DNA of 64,000 nucleotides from Spirochaetia bacterium. Its GTDB lineage: Bacteria; Spirochaetota; Spirochaetia; DSM-2461. The notes under the pieces were generated by a model. That model searched no databases. It was not told where the DNA came from and saw only the letters and a list, made by a program, of their open reading frames with translations. The translations under genes were made by a program, and so were the position numbers. The stretch is from assembly GCA_963666985.2 (NCBI GenBank), contig CAXXIA010000002.1, positions 768,001 through 832,000 on the forward strand, read 5' to 3'. Positions 29,141 to 39,303 of the stretch are shown in pieces; the first letter of the stretch is position 1; the number at the start of each line of letters is the position of its first letter.

Positions 29141-29333
29141 TCTCCCCGGCCCTCTCCATTCCGCGCAAGCCGCCGCGGATTAAAATCTCCCGGACCTCTC
29201 CATTCCGCGCAAGCCGCCGCGGATTAAAATCTCCCGGACCTCTCCATTCCGCGCAAGCCGCCGCGGATCAAAATCTCCCGGCCCGCCCTTACCGCGCAAG
29301 CCGCCGCGGATCAAAATCTCCCGGCCCGCCCTT
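29141..29333. repeat. Tandem array of about 4.4 copies of a 43-44-bp unit
   Basis: CCGCGCAAGCCGCCGCGGAT recurs at 29161, 29205, 29249 and 29292. Confidence 0.95.
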
Positions 29334-29366
29334 GCTCAGTGAGCCGGGAGAAGGTATTGTCGGCAC

Positions 29367-30635
29367 ATGCCTCCCTGGTATCGTTTGGATAATGCCGGAA
29401 AACTCTATCCGTCCCTCAGCGATCGGAGAATGACGACGATCTTCCGGCTTTCGGCCGATTTAACCGCTCCGATACATGCCGGCCGGCTTCAAGAGGCTCT
29501 GAATAATCTGATGCCCCGCTTCCCGCATTTCGCCGTGCATCTGAAAAAGGGAGTCTTCTGGTATTCGCTGGAAGCCTCGGCCCATACTCCGACGATTCAA
29601 GCGGATTCCAAGTATCCCTGCATGCGCTATCCCCTGCTTCGCCGCGGCGTTTTCCCTTTTCGGGTTCGATGCTGGAAGAACAGAATCGCGGTGGAGTTTT
29701 CCCATGTTCTCTCGGACGGTATGGGAGCCTCCGTATTTCTGAAATCACTTCTTGCCGAATATCTTCACTTAAGCGGCGTTACGCGGCGAGATTGCGGATC
29801 ACTTCCGATTCCAGGAGAACAGCCGAGGCCCGGAGAAGATGAAGATGCCTTTCGGCGATTCGGAGATCCCTCTTTTCCCAGTCCGCCGAAACTGGAGAAA
29901 GCCTTCCGTCTTCCTCTGCCGCTGGAAAAGCCGGGTTATTATAAAGTCACCACGGGGCGCATGCCTCTGAACGCGCTGAAAGAAAAGGCCGAGGATTACG
30001 GGGTAAGCGTTACGGAAATTCTTATCGCGGTGATGCTTGATTCCTTCCGAGCCCTCGTTCTCGACATGCCCCCGAGTCTTCGGGATAAACTCATCGCTCC
30101 CATCCGCATCAACGTGCCTGTGAATCTCAGGCGATTCTGGGATACGGAGACTCAAAGAAATTTTTTCATCAGCGTCGAGCCGGAAATAGATCCCCGCCTG
30201 GGCGATTGGAGCTTCGAGGAAATCGTCGACAGAACCCGGACGCATATGCGATACGAGGCGGACACCCGCTATCTGGCCCGCAGAATGGCCAGAAACATCA
30301 GGGGAGAACTGAACACCGCCGCCAGACTCCTCCCGCTGATGGTGAAAGACATCCTTCTGCCGCCGATTTACTCTTCCATGGCCGCAAAGCAATATACAAG
30401 CGGTCTGAGTAATTTGGGACTGATCACCATGCCCGATTATTTGTCGGAATATATCGAACGCTTCGATTTCATTCCGCCGCCGGCCGTCGCGGAAAGGGTG
30501 AAAGCTTCGGTAATCGGCTGGAAAGATACGGTGAATATGAGCTTCGGCAGGCTGATTCGGCCTTCGGTGGCGGAACGATATGTCTTCAGACGCTTGATCC
30601 AAATGGGAATTCCGGTCAAGGTCGAAAGTAACTGA
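29367..30635 (+). CDS. CoA-dependent acyltransferase (alcohol acetyltransferase / condensation-domain fold)
   Basis: WYRLDNAGK N-terminus, SHVLSDG (HxxxDG), PVNLRR, SNLG. Confidence 0.75.
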   Translation: MPPWYRLDNAGKLYPSLSDRRMTTIFRLSADLTAPIHAGRLQEALNNLMPRFPHFAVHLKKGVFWYSLEASAHTPTIQADSKYPCMRYPLLRRGVFPFRVRCWKNRIAVEFSHVLSDGMGASVFLKSLLAEYLHLSGVTRRDCGSLPIPGEQPRPGEDEDAFRRFGDPSFPSPPKLEKAFRLPLPLEKPGYYKVTTGRMPLNALKEKAEDYGVSVTEILIAVMLDSFRALVLDMPPSLRDKLIAPIRINVPVNLRRFWDTETQRNFFISVEPEIDPRLGDWSFEEIVDRTRTHMRYEADTRYLARRMARNIRGELNTAARLLPLMVKDILLPPIYSSMAAKQYTSGLSNLGLITMPDYLSEYIERFDFIPPPAVAERVKASVIGWKDTVNMSFGRLIRPSVAERYVFRRLIQMGIPVKVESN

Positions 30636-30704
30636 TGAAATTCGCCGGGGAAGATGCGGCGGCGCCGGCGAGTTATCGCCTGATCGGCTAAAGGGGGAAA
30701 AGCA

Positions 30705-31415
30705 GTGCCTTACTGTTCCAGATGCGGTGTGGAAGTGGCCCCGGCGGCGGCGGTCTGTCCGCTGTGCGACGCCCCGATACAGAAACTTCCCAAGGACGAC
30801 GGATCCCCATGGCCCGAAGATGAATCACCCGCTCCGCCCCCGGCCCCGCTGAATTCGGCCGAACGCATGGCCCTTGCCCGAACCATTACCACGCTCGGAT
30901 TTCTCATACCGGTCTTAATCGTGCTGACGGTGGATTGGTTTGTCAGCCGCAAATTGGGATGGTCCCTCTATGTTCTGGTTTCCTTGGGAGCCGCATGGCT
31001 CTGGGCCATTATTCCGCTCATTTTCAATAAAAAAACATTCCTTCTTATTTTCGCCGAAACCGCCGTGGCGCTGGCGTTGGAAACCGCCGTGGCTCTGCTC
31101 GCCGGCGATACCGTATGGCTGCTCCCGATAGGGATTCCGATAGTATCCCTGGCCGGTTTACTGACGGCGGGAGTTGTTACGGCGGCCCGCCGGTTCCACA
31201 GACTCGGCGGGAATCTGGCCGGATTGATTCTGATAGCGGTAACGGCATTGTCCGTCGCCACCGATATTCTTGTGAACTCCTGGCTGGGAGGAGCTTTAAA
31301 GCCCGGCTGGTCCATAATCGTGGCGGCAACGACGGTACCCATCGCGATTCTTCTTCTCTATCTGCACAACAGGCCTTCGAAACAGACAAGACTGAGGCGC
31401 TACTTCCACGTTTGA
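30705..31415 (+). CDS. Zinc-ribbon multi-pass membrane protein (DUF6320-like)
   Basis: GTG start, CxxC-x10-CPLC, about 6 TM helices, C-terminal LRRYFHV. Confidence 0.75.
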   Translation: MPYCSRCGVEVAPAAAVCPLCDAPIQKLPKDDGSPWPEDESPAPPPAPLNSAERMALARTITTLGFLIPVLIVLTVDWFVSRKLGWSLYVLVSLGAAWLWAIIPLIFNKKTFLLIFAETAVALALETAVALLAGDTVWLLPIGIPIVSLAGLLTAGVVTAARRFHRLGGNLAGLILIAVTALSVATDILVNSWLGGALKPGWSIIVAATTVPIAILLLYLHNRPSKQTRLRRYFHV

Positions 31416-31499
31416 AGTAAACGGCCGATGAAATCCGGCGATCTTCCCTGCGGCGGCGGGGAAGATCGCGGTGCCCGGCCATGCCGCGTCAACAGTCCG

Positions 31500-32651
31500 T
31501 TACGATTCGGAAGAATCGTCTTCCGCCTGATTCTCGGGCAGTTCGGGCAAATTCTCCCGGCGTTTGTCCAAATCCTTTTCCAGTCCGGCCAAGTCTTTTT
31601 TAAGCTCTTTCAGTTCCGCCTGTTTCGCTTTGATATCGGCATCAAGACCCGCGGTTCTTTTGGCCACGGAATCTCTCTTGCTCAGAACTTCCAGGTACTC
31701 AAGATGACTCTCCAAACCTCTCTTTTCCTCAAGAAGTTTCTCTATGCCCGCTCCAATCGCCTCACTCTCCGCTTTCCTGGCCGCGACATCCCCGCCGGGG
31801 ATATCTTTCGGAAGATTCCCAAGCCATATCTCTCCCAAATCCCGAAACGTATCATCAAGCATAACCCTTTGAGTTTCCAGGGTATTCTCAATCCAAGCGG
31901 ATCGTTTCTTCACCCCGCCCTTTCCGGGCAGGCTCTCCAGGGTTTCATCAAGGGATTTTTCCTCATTCTCCATTGATTCCATCCGAAGACGGATTTCTTC
32001 TCTTCTATCATCGAGACTCCGCAGTACGGCAAACGGTACCGATGTCGGTCCGCCGTTCAGCGTTTCGGCGGAAACGTTCTCCCGAACGGCGGCACCCGCC
32101 TTCCCCCAAAGTCGGTCGAGGGCCGCCTCGGCCGTCCGTTTCCGTCCGGCGAGAAAGAAGGCTTTTCCTTTTTTGATAAACGAAGGAGAACCGCCTACCT
32201 CCGCATTGTTCCGAAAAACCTCGTCTTCCACGCTGCGAACCCGGCGATCGGCACGGATAAGAACATCCAGAGCCTCTTCCATGCCGTTTCCTACTTCTCG
32301 GCCGGATTTCCATTGATCCCATGAAACTCTTCCCAGATCTTCGAGAGTCTGCTCTTCCTTATTCTTGATGTTCCGGAGCTCCACATTCAGCGCTTTGCGT
32401 TCCTCGAGAATCTCAGTCCTCTTATCTTCGGAGACATGCAGACTTCGAAAAGACTCTTCCAAATCTCGGATTTCCGAAAAAATCCGATCAACGGCCTCTC
32501 CCGCCTCCGCCGAAGGACCGTCTTTCGCGATACCGCTTTTCCGAACGGCCTGTCCGAGGTTCGCCAGAACCACACATTCCCGTTCCCTTTCCGCCGCGAT
32601 CGTATCGTTAAGGGCCTTCATTCTCATCTCAAGGTTTTTTTTATCGCTCAT
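31500..32651 (-). CDS. Coiled-coil hypothetical protein
   Basis: Long E/K/R/L heptad-rich ORF tightly coupled to the OmpA gene. Confidence 0.7.
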   Translation of the reverse strand: MSDKKNLEMRMKALNDTIAAERERECVVLANLGQAVRKSGIAKDGPSAEAGEAVDRIFSEIRDLEESFRSLHVSEDKRTEILEERKALNVELRNIKNKEEQTLEDLGRVSWDQWKSGREVGNGMEEALDVLIRADRRVRSVEDEVFRNNAEVGGSPSFIKKGKAFFLAGRKRTAEAALDRLWGKAGAAVRENVSAETLNGGPTSVPFAVLRSLDDRREEIRLRMESMENEEKSLDETLESLPGKGGVKKRSAWIENTLETQRVMLDDTFRDLGEIWLGNLPKDIPGGDVAARKAESEAIGAGIEKLLEEKRGLESHLEYLEVLSKRDSVAKRTAGLDADIKAKQAELKELKKDLAGLEKDLDKRRENLPELPENQAEDDSSES

Positions 32652-32652
32652 A

Positions 32653-33876
32653 TCAATTCTCCAGAATGATGATTTCGACACGGCGGTTCCGACGCCGGCC
32701 TTCTTCCGTGGAATTATCTCCTACGGGTTCCGTATTCCCTTTTCCTCGAATCATAACCTGAGAGGCATTTCGAATACCGTTCTCAATGAAATACCCCGCA
32801 ACCGTTTCCGCCCTCATCTCCGAAAGGCGTATCCCGTCTCCGTATCCGGGAACCTTGGCCGTATGCCCCACAACGAGAATATCCCTCTCGGGGTATTTCT
32901 TCAGAATCCCGGCGATACGATCCAGTACGGATTCCTGCCCCGGAAGCATCTCGGCCCGATCCGGGACGAAATGAATATTCTCGAGCGAAACACTGACGCC
33001 TTCGTCAACGGATTCGGCACTGATGTTCTCATCGGAGAGCTCCTCGATTTCTTCCACCAGAGCGTCTCTGTCCATGGGCTCCGCATACACCGCCTTTCCA
33101 ACCGAAGATCCCCGAAACGTATAGGCATGCCCGTCGTTCATGGTGCATGTATAAGAAAACATTCCCTCTTCCGCATAGTTCCGGCCGGTTTGGGCATCCC
33201 AGTAAACTTCCTGTTCAAAAACCCCGGCGATTTCCACGGGATACAAATCATAGGAATCCCATCCGTCCGTATCATCGGGATGCCAGGAAAAACCGTAGCC
33301 GACGGAAACCTCATGGAGCCTTTTGCCGTCCTTCTCCACCGGTCCCATGTAATGATAATCAGCATCAAAAGGAATTTTAAGAATCTCGGGAATCCCGAAG
33401 CCGACTGTAAGATCGAAAACCTCCGTACCCGGAGCCGTCCAGGATTCACCCGGCCGAAGAGGATAACCCGGGAAAACCGGAACATCTCGAACCATGGGCA
33501 CCGCCGCGTCCGAAGGCAGTTCGTCGAGATAGCCTAAAATATCGCGGCGATATTGGGTTTCGTACTCCTCGCTCCAGGCGTAAACATCGGAATCATCGGA
33601 TTTCTCGGCAATCTGGTATCGGTTCCAAAGCAGACCGTCATCACCTTCGCCTTCCCGAATTTCCACCGATATTTTATTGAGAATTTCCGTACCGTACTGA
33701 AACTCACCGTCGACAAACACCTCTTCCTCAACGGTACTGGTAACGTGCCATTGATCCCCTTCCTTATGCCGGTATCGGAAAACTTCCTGGGCGCAAAGAC
33801 CTTCGGCAAGACAAAGGGCGAGAATAAAGGCTCCGAACCGAAAAGCGGCCGTTCCTTTCGGAATGAACATATCCAT
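32653..33876 (-). CDS. OmpA-family (peptidoglycan-binding C-terminal domain) exported protein
   Basis: Signal peptide; IHF..D, VGHTA, LSEMRAETV, NRRVEI. Confidence 0.9.
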   Translation of the reverse strand: MDMFIPKGTAAFRFGAFILALCLAEGLCAQEVFRYRHKEGDQWHVTSTVEEEVFVDGEFQYGTEILNKISVEIREGEGDDGLLWNRYQIAEKSDDSDVYAWSEEYETQYRRDILGYLDELPSDAAVPMVRDVPVFPGYPLRPGESWTAPGTEVFDLTVGFGIPEILKIPFDADYHYMGPVEKDGKRLHEVSVGYGFSWHPDDTDGWDSYDLYPVEIAGVFEQEVYWDAQTGRNYAEEGMFSYTCTMNDGHAYTFRGSSVGKAVYAEPMDRDALVEEIEELSDENISAESVDEGVSVSLENIHFVPDRAEMLPGQESVLDRIAGILKKYPERDILVVGHTAKVPGYGDGIRLSEMRAETVAGYFIENGIRNASQVMIRGKGNTEPVGDNSTEEGRRRNRRVEIIILEN

Positions 33877-33901
33877 AGTATAAAACCCCCGGAAGACCTC
33901 G

Positions 33902-34873
33902 TCAGGTAACCAGACCGAGAATCACTGAAATCAAAGCCGTATTCAGCACAAAACCCAAAAGAAGGGCAAGAGCTGCGCCGAACTCGGCAAAAAGGGCCCG
34001 ACGGCGGCAGGATCGGATCAAAGGAACCGTATCTCGGGGCAATTCATTACCCCATTGTGTCATTTCTTCACCGACGTCCCCGGCCCGAAGAAAAGCGATC
34101 AGTCCGAGTAAATCACTTTCGGCACGCAGGAAGCGGGCTCGGCGCCAATTGAACAAATAGATAAAGGAAAACAACAATCCCGGCGGCAGGAGAGGAATAA
34201 CCGGTGCGAAAGCCGATACGAGAAGGATTCGGGCCGTCCATGAAAACGGCGAACCGATAAATTCCGAGATGGACATCAGAAAAAGAGTCATGGATCCGGT
34301 CATAACAGTCCAGGGCGTTAGAGGATTCCAATATGCATGCTTTTGCCGTCCGGCCCATACGGCTCTGGGAACAATATCATCGCCGTCGAAAAGCAGCATC
34401 AAAAGCGGTACATCCCGGCTTCCGTAAAGTCTGAGCATTCCGTCTCTGATTTCCAGAAACCCGACGACATAAACACGAGAACCTTCCTGGAGGGAAGTAA
34501 TACGCTTCCATGGGAGAGGGCGGGGATGATCTTCCGGAAATTTTTCTTCAAGAAGAGTCCGGAAATCGGGGATTTCGGAACCTTCGGAAGGAAGAACATA
34601 AATCTTGGCGCCTTCCATAGCGGCTCTGACGGTTACTCCCTCTCCGCGAATCCATAGGGAATCATCCCCCTGCAGAGCCTCGATTCTGCCGATGAAATAA
34701 TGCGGCCCGAGAGGGCCGTCTTTCTCGCCGTATTGAAATGAAACGCAGGGATAGAGCGCGGATTTCCGTATTCGATTCCTGAATTCACGCCATCCGGAAC
34801 GGACCTTAAGACTTCCAAGGCCGGGAAGGAGAACAAACATGATGAAAACGATGAGCGCCCCAATAGAGAGCAT
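33902..34873 (-). CDS. Hypothetical membrane protein
   Basis: N-terminal TM segment, soluble middle, about 3 C-terminal TM segments. Confidence 0.7.
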   Translation of the reverse strand: MLSIGALIVFIMFVLLPGLGSLKVRSGWREFRNRIRKSALYPCVSFQYGEKDGPLGPHYFIGRIEALQGDDSLWIRGEGVTVRAAMEGAKIYVLPSEGSEIPDFRTLLEEKFPEDHPRPLPWKRITSLQEGSRVYVVGFLEIRDGMLRLYGSRDVPLLMLLFDGDDIVPRAVWAGRQKHAYWNPLTPWTVMTGSMTLFLMSISEFIGSPFSWTARILLVSAFAPVIPLLPPGLLFSFIYLFNWRRARFLRAESDLLGLIAFLRAGDVGEEMTQWGNELPRDTVPLIRSCRRRALFAEFGAALALLLGFVLNTALISVILGLVT

Positions 34874-34881
34874 GTCTTCGA

Positions 34882-35274
34882 TTATACGGCAATATCGAAA
34901 ACCATACCCGCCGCGGCCGTACCGCCGAGCGTTCCGAAGGATTCGGGCATGGATTTCATGACTTGATGCAGTTCCGCCGCGTATTGATTGATTAAAGAAT
35001 CGGTCCGTTCGGGAGAAGAATCGGAGGTATGGACGACATTATAGGCCGCATCGGACTTCATCTTCTGAAGATTGCTGATAAGACTGTTGAGAAGCTGAAT
35101 TCTTGTAATGGGAACGGTCCGCTGACCCGAAGCGGCCGCGGTACCGAAAATATGACGATACTGCGAAAAAACAATCTGAGAAGGACGAACCGGGACGGAA
35201 ACACGATGCCCGGAATCGGTAACTCGGGCAATTTGCAAAGAAGAAATAGAACCAGCAGCCCCGCCGATACTCAT
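34882..35274 (-). CDS. Hypothetical protein, putatively sigma28-regulated
   Basis: GGAGG RBS; 130 aa ending GMVFDIAV. Confidence 0.7.
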   Translation of the reverse strand: MSIGGAAGSISSLQIARVTDSGHRVSVPVRPSQIVFSQYRHIFGTAAASGQRTVPITRIQLLNSLISNLQKMKSDAAYNVVHTSDSSPERTDSLINQYAAELHQVMKSMPESFGTLGGTAAAGMVFDIAV

Positions 35275-35294
35275 TCAGTCAGCCTCCATTTACA

Positions 35295-35321
35295 TTATCG
35301 GCCGAATAATGAAGGCAATTA
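35295..35321 (-). promoter_or_regulatory. sigma28 (FliA)-type promoter
   Basis: Minus strand TAAT-N15-GCCGATAA versus consensus TAAA-N15-GCCGATAA; perfect -10 box. Confidence 0.7.
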
Positions 35322-35461
35322 ACAAGCATTAGCCCGGTTTACAAAGACCTGCCGCGGCAAACGATTGAGCGGGCTCAAAGAGCTTTTTAAGGCGAAACGA
35401 CAAACCTGTTTTGAAAGAGTTTCAATTAACTTCGGGATTCGACCGGGATGGGATGAGACGG

Positions 35462-35818
35462 TTACCGGGGACGGCGCTCCGACGATGATTTGCAGTCGAT
35501 GCACATCACCGAATAAGGAATGGCTTCAAGTCTTGCTTCGCCGATCTTCTTACCGCAGCTCGCACAGAATCCGAATTTCCCGTTCTCGAGCCTTACAAGA
35601 GCCGCCTCAATCTGCTGAAGTCGAATTTTATCTTTGGTTCCCACGGCCTCAAGGGTTCTGGCATCGATATCGTTGGAGGCTATGTCGGCAAGATCCTTCA
35701 CCCCGATATCCTCAACGGCGGCCCTGAAATCGTTATTCTCGGCAATAAGCGATTCAAGCACCTCCGATTTGAGTTCCAGCAATTTAGACCGCATCCGATC
35801 CTTGAAGGTGTTATCCAT
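35462..35818 (-). CDS. dksA: DksA/TraR family RNA polymerase-binding protein
   Basis: Coiled coil with DLADIA tip, C4 zinc finger CASC...RLEAIP...CIDC. Confidence 0.88.
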   Translation of the reverse strand: MDNTFKDRMRSKLLELKSEVLESLIAENNDFRAAVEDIGVKDLADIASNDIDARTLEAVGTKDKIRLQQIEAALVRLENGKFGFCASCGKKIGEARLEAIPYSVMCIDCKSSSERRPR

Positions 35819-35995
35819 TATAACTCCAGTATGAAAAACGGAGGTAATCTGACCGATAGGCGGCTATTTGTCAAGAAGAAAACCTCCATCTCCATCCATA
35901 TGGAGTTATATCGGACGCAGCCGCGGCGGTCTTGACGAGTATGTGTCCCGTAAAATAATATACGGACGGCAATAAGCCGGGATGGAGGACCTTTT

Positions 35996-36211
35996 TTGAA
36001 GGAAGAGGCCATAGAGGTTGAGGGCATTGTAAAAGAATCTCTGCCCAATACAATGTTTCGAGTAGAATTAAAAGCCGGGCATCTCATCCTGGCCCACCTT
36101 TCCGGGAAAATGCGGAAGCATTACATTCGTATCGTTCCCGGCGATCGTGTCCGCGTCGCCCTATCACCCTATGATCTGACCCGAGGCCGTATCATCTATC
36201 GGGAACGCTGA
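35996..36211 (+). CDS. infA: Translation initiation factor IF-1 (TTG start)
   Basis: [44 protein letters not shown]. Confidence 0.97.
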   Translation: MKEEAIEVEGIVKESLPNTMFRVELKAGHLILAHLSGKMRKHYIRIVPGDRVRVALSPYDLTRGRIIYRER

Positions 36212-36726
36212 CGCAAGATAAACCAGGTTGCTCCGGAACCGCCGTCTTTCCGTGCGGCGTGTCCGAATTCACCGATATCCAAAGAAGATTCCAGAAACGA
36301 TCTCACCAAAGGACCGAGGATTGAGCCTTCGGCCGAATGCAGTCCTTTTCCGTGGATAATCATTCCTTTTCTCAAACCCCGCCGTCTTAAAGAACGGACA
36401 AACCGCGCCAATTCCGCTTGGGCTTCCTTGCCGCTCAAACCATGCAGATCCAGGGTGTCCTGATGAGGACGCCTGAGCCAGATCGAACGTCCCCCGGCCG
36501 TCGGCGGCCTTTCCTCAACGGCCTTGCCGTCCACGATTTCGGCGTTCGGCGGATACAAATCAAGCCAATCGGTATCGAAAGGCTCACCCGGAACGGCCTC
36601 TTCCGAAGCATTGTTTTCTTCTCTTCGCCGATTACCCGAAGAACGGCCGGGAGCGTTCTTTTTACCGGCCGACCGTTTCTTCGTTTCTCTTCGCTCCCAT
36701 TGTTCCAGAACCTCATCAAAATCCAT
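36196..36726 (-). CDS. Smr/MutS2 C-terminal domain protein
   Basis: [21 protein letters not shown]. Confidence 0.9.
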   Translation of the reverse strand: MDFDEVLEQWERRETKKRSAGKKNAPGRSSGNRRREENNASEEAVPGEPFDTDWLDLYPPNAEIVDGKAVEERPPTAGGRSIWLRRPHQDTLDLHGLSGKEAQAELARFVRSLRRRGLRKGMIIHGKGLHSAEGSILGPLVRSFLESSLDIGEFGHAARKDGGSGATWFILRQRSR

Positions 36727-38740
36727 CGGCGGTCTCTTGAATCAACAGAAGCGATGATTGGGGAAGCCATCCTTCGAGCCCGTATCCGGTAAGAACCAAA
36801 CAATCGGTCCCTTCGACGGCGGTGACTTCAACGGCGGTTCCGGAGGGAAGCTTTATCCAATCGGTCGCCAGAGGACCCGGGATTTTCCTTAAGGGTTCCG
36901 CATCCGCTCCGACCACGGCCGTGGGTTCGTCCCACCGGACTTCCGTAAAGGCCACGGCGGAGCCGGATGCGGCGGCGAAGATCAGGGCCGAAACGAAAAG
37001 AATCACCTCCCGCGCATCCCTTTTATACATAATGAGGGTAAGCGCCAGAAAAAAGAGGTTGGACGCCAGAATCCACAGACCGAAAGGAATCGACGGAGAC
37101 CATCGCGGAGAAACGGGCACCTGGTCGGATAATCCTTCACGCTCTTCTATGAAGAAAAGGGTATTCGCGAAACGGCGGGAACCGGGCCTGAGATACATGG
37201 CCCTCCTTAAGTATGAGACGGCAAGATCCGTTCTGCCCAGTTCGTTTTCCACAATGGCCGCGTCGTGAAGCAATCCGGGAAGTTCGCCGTAAGTCTCTCT
37301 TAAGCGGAAATAGATTTCTTCGGCGAGGTCCCAATTTCCTTCACGGGCCGATTGAACCGCGAAATCCGCCGAGGATGCCGCCTCGGGACCAATGTTCGAT
37401 GAAGAAAGCAGCAGCGGCAGGACAAGAGCCGCGGTCAGACTCCGCAATCCGGGACGCTTAACGAAGAAAAACACAACAAAGAAAATGAACCCCGGGAGAG
37501 TAAGCAAATAAAAATAACTCGTCCGTCCGTTGAAAATCGCGGTTTTATATCGGAAAAGATCACTGCCGAGAAGAAATGAAGCGGCGCTTTTTTCCGGAGT
37601 TCCGGACGATTCCGATACGCCGACGGTTCCCTTTTTTGCCTCAATACGCCGAATTTTGCCGTCCGTTCCGGGCTCAACCCAATACCAGCCGGGTATCCGG
37701 ACGGCAAGATCGCCGGCGCGCTCAATCTGAAAATCGAAACGCTCTTCCCGCCAGCCTTCATACCCGCTGGGTCCCGGAATATAGGAAGAAGAAGATCCGC
37801 TGCCGACAAGCGAGGCACCGTCCATCTCGGGTACGGGGGCTTTCAGCACATTGATATTGCCTTCCCCTTCAATGCGGACTCTCACCGAAATAAGATCACC
37901 GACACTGTAGGGCCCCTCATCCCACTCGGAACCGACGCGAAACGACCCTACGGCGCCCGAATCGCGAATCGCCTCGGGAAGAGGCCTTACATTCACACTA
38001 AAGGAGGGCACCGTGCGAACCAGCCCGGATACATTGATACGGGCCGACGGAAAAATATAATCCCCGGGTTCGGTTAAAGTCCAAATCCAAGAACCTACGG
38101 GCACATCATAGAGCACATCATCCCCATAAGGATGCGTAATAATACCTCCGAGACCCGGAGCTTCTTCCACCAATCCTTCGGGTGCGTTCTGAAGAGAAAC
38201 GGAATTCCCCAGCGCCAAGGATTCCAGATTGCGTGCTTCAAGAATAACGGGAACCGCCTGACCGGCCCAAACGGATTCGGGCGTCGGGCGCCGGCCGGCA
38301 AATACAGGATAGGAAAAACCATCCTCGTCCCGATCCAAGCCGATGATCTCCTTTGGCTCGGTAACAACCTCATACATACCGGAACGAATAACGAATCCGT
38401 CGATAAGATGAAATCCCGGCTCGTCGACCCGTATGGAAGCCACCGCTTCCACGAGTCTCGTATAACTCCCATCAAGATTTTCAACCGACCATGGACGGAT
38501 GTAAGGCATGGAGAGCCAGACAATCGAACCGAAGAGTTCCGGCTCTACAATCTCAACATCCGCTCCCCAGGGAATCATCGTTCTCACTCGAAGAGTAACG
38601 CTCCTCCCGCGGATTACCGTACCGGGATCAACTTCCAGAGTTGCCGTCTCGGCCGCCGCAGCACGAAAAAACGACGCGGCGAACAGGAAGACTACCAGTC
38701 CTCGGCGAATCCGCCGTCGTCCGATTCTTCGGTTGACCAT
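36716..38740 (-). CDS. BatD-like protein fused to TPR/SH3 (BatE-like) region
   Basis: BatD-type AVGSF and GEGN motifs, TM segment, TPR, C-terminal EGWLP; located in Bat operon. Confidence 0.75.
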   Translation of the reverse strand: MVNRRIGRRRIRRGLVVFLFAASFFRAAAAETATLEVDPGTVIRGRSVTLRVRTMIPWGADVEIVEPELFGSIVWLSMPYIRPWSVENLDGSYTRLVEAVASIRVDEPGFHLIDGFVIRSGMYEVVTEPKEIIGLDRDEDGFSYPVFAGRRPTPESVWAGQAVPVILEARNLESLALGNSVSLQNAPEGLVEEAPGLGGIITHPYGDDVLYDVPVGSWIWTLTEPGDYIFPSARINVSGLVRTVPSFSVNVRPLPEAIRDSGAVGSFRVGSEWDEGPYSVGDLISVRVRIEGEGNINVLKAPVPEMDGASLVGSGSSSSYIPGPSGYEGWREERFDFQIERAGDLAVRIPGWYWVEPGTDGKIRRIEAKKGTVGVSESSGTPEKSAASFLLGSDLFRYKTAIFNGRTSYFYLLTLPGFIFFVVFFFVKRPGLRSLTAALVLPLLLSSSNIGPEAASSADFAVQSAREGNWDLAEEIYFRLRETYGELPGLLHDAAIVENELGRTDLAVSYLRRAMYLRPGSRRFANTLFFIEEREGLSDQVPVSPRWSPSIPFGLWILASNLFFLALTLIMYKRDAREVILFVSALIFAAASGSAVAFTEVRWDEPTAVVGADAEPLRKIPGPLATDWIKLPSGTAVEVTAVEGTDCLVLTGYGLEGWLPQSSLLLIQETADGF

Positions 38741-39303
38741 GCGTCGGCCTCCTTTCTCCTGACATAATCGAGCAGACGCTTGCTGTCGTCGTCGATTTCT
38801 TCCCCGACATTCTCCACTTCACCGCCTTCGCCCCGGCCCTCGCCGGGGATTTCACTGCGAACACGGGAAAGGGCGTCCTCAAGATTAATCTTGGCGTCAA
38901 TATCCGAAGGGTTGATGGATAAAGCCCTTCTGAATTCGCGATAAGCTTCGTCGTACCGGCCCCAGTTGTAATACAGAACACCCCGGTTGAATGCAACGCG
39001 GAAAAGGATATCGGTATCATCCGTCAAACTCTCGGCCATGGCCCAGGCCTTAAGGGCGGCATCTCCCTCTCCCAGGGCGTAATAAACATTGGCCAGATTA
39101 TAATTCACCGCATCGCGGCCGATGCCCGTTTCATCGTCGGCATCGAGGTATCGTAAAATCGCTTTCTGATACTGCCCGCGGCCGTAGGCCATGTTACCGG
39201 AAAGCACCCTGCCGGAAGGTCCGGCATCCCGGCAGGAAAGAAACGGCAAGGAAGCCGCAAGGGCGGCCAAAACGATACAAGAAGTCTTTATGTTCGACGC
39301 CAT
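38692..39303 (-). CDS. TPR lipoprotein (BatC-like)
   Basis: Lipobox FLS-C, GNMAY, YNLAN, FNRG, DAKINLE, C-terminal EDW. Confidence 0.8.
   Translation of the reverse strand: MASNIKTSCIVLAALAASLPFLSCRDAGPSGRVLSGNMAYGRGQYQKAILRYLDADDETGIGRDAVNYNLANVYYALGEGDAALKAWAMAESLTDDTDILFRVAFNRGVLYYNWGRYDEAYREFRRALSINPSDIDAKINLEDALSRVRSEIPGEGRGEGGEVENVGEEIDDDSKRLLDYVRRKEADAWSTEESDDGGFAEDW

Noticed and set aside
29141..29333. CRISPR array or coding repeat (ORF 29065-29433)
   Set aside because: No spacers; the 44-bp period shifts frame and the translation is not protein-like.
35411..35455. tmRNA-like 5' motif (GGATTCGAC) and GTTTCAAT CRISPR-like start
   Set aside because: No GGGG acceptor stem, single copy, and it runs directly into dksA on the opposite strand.
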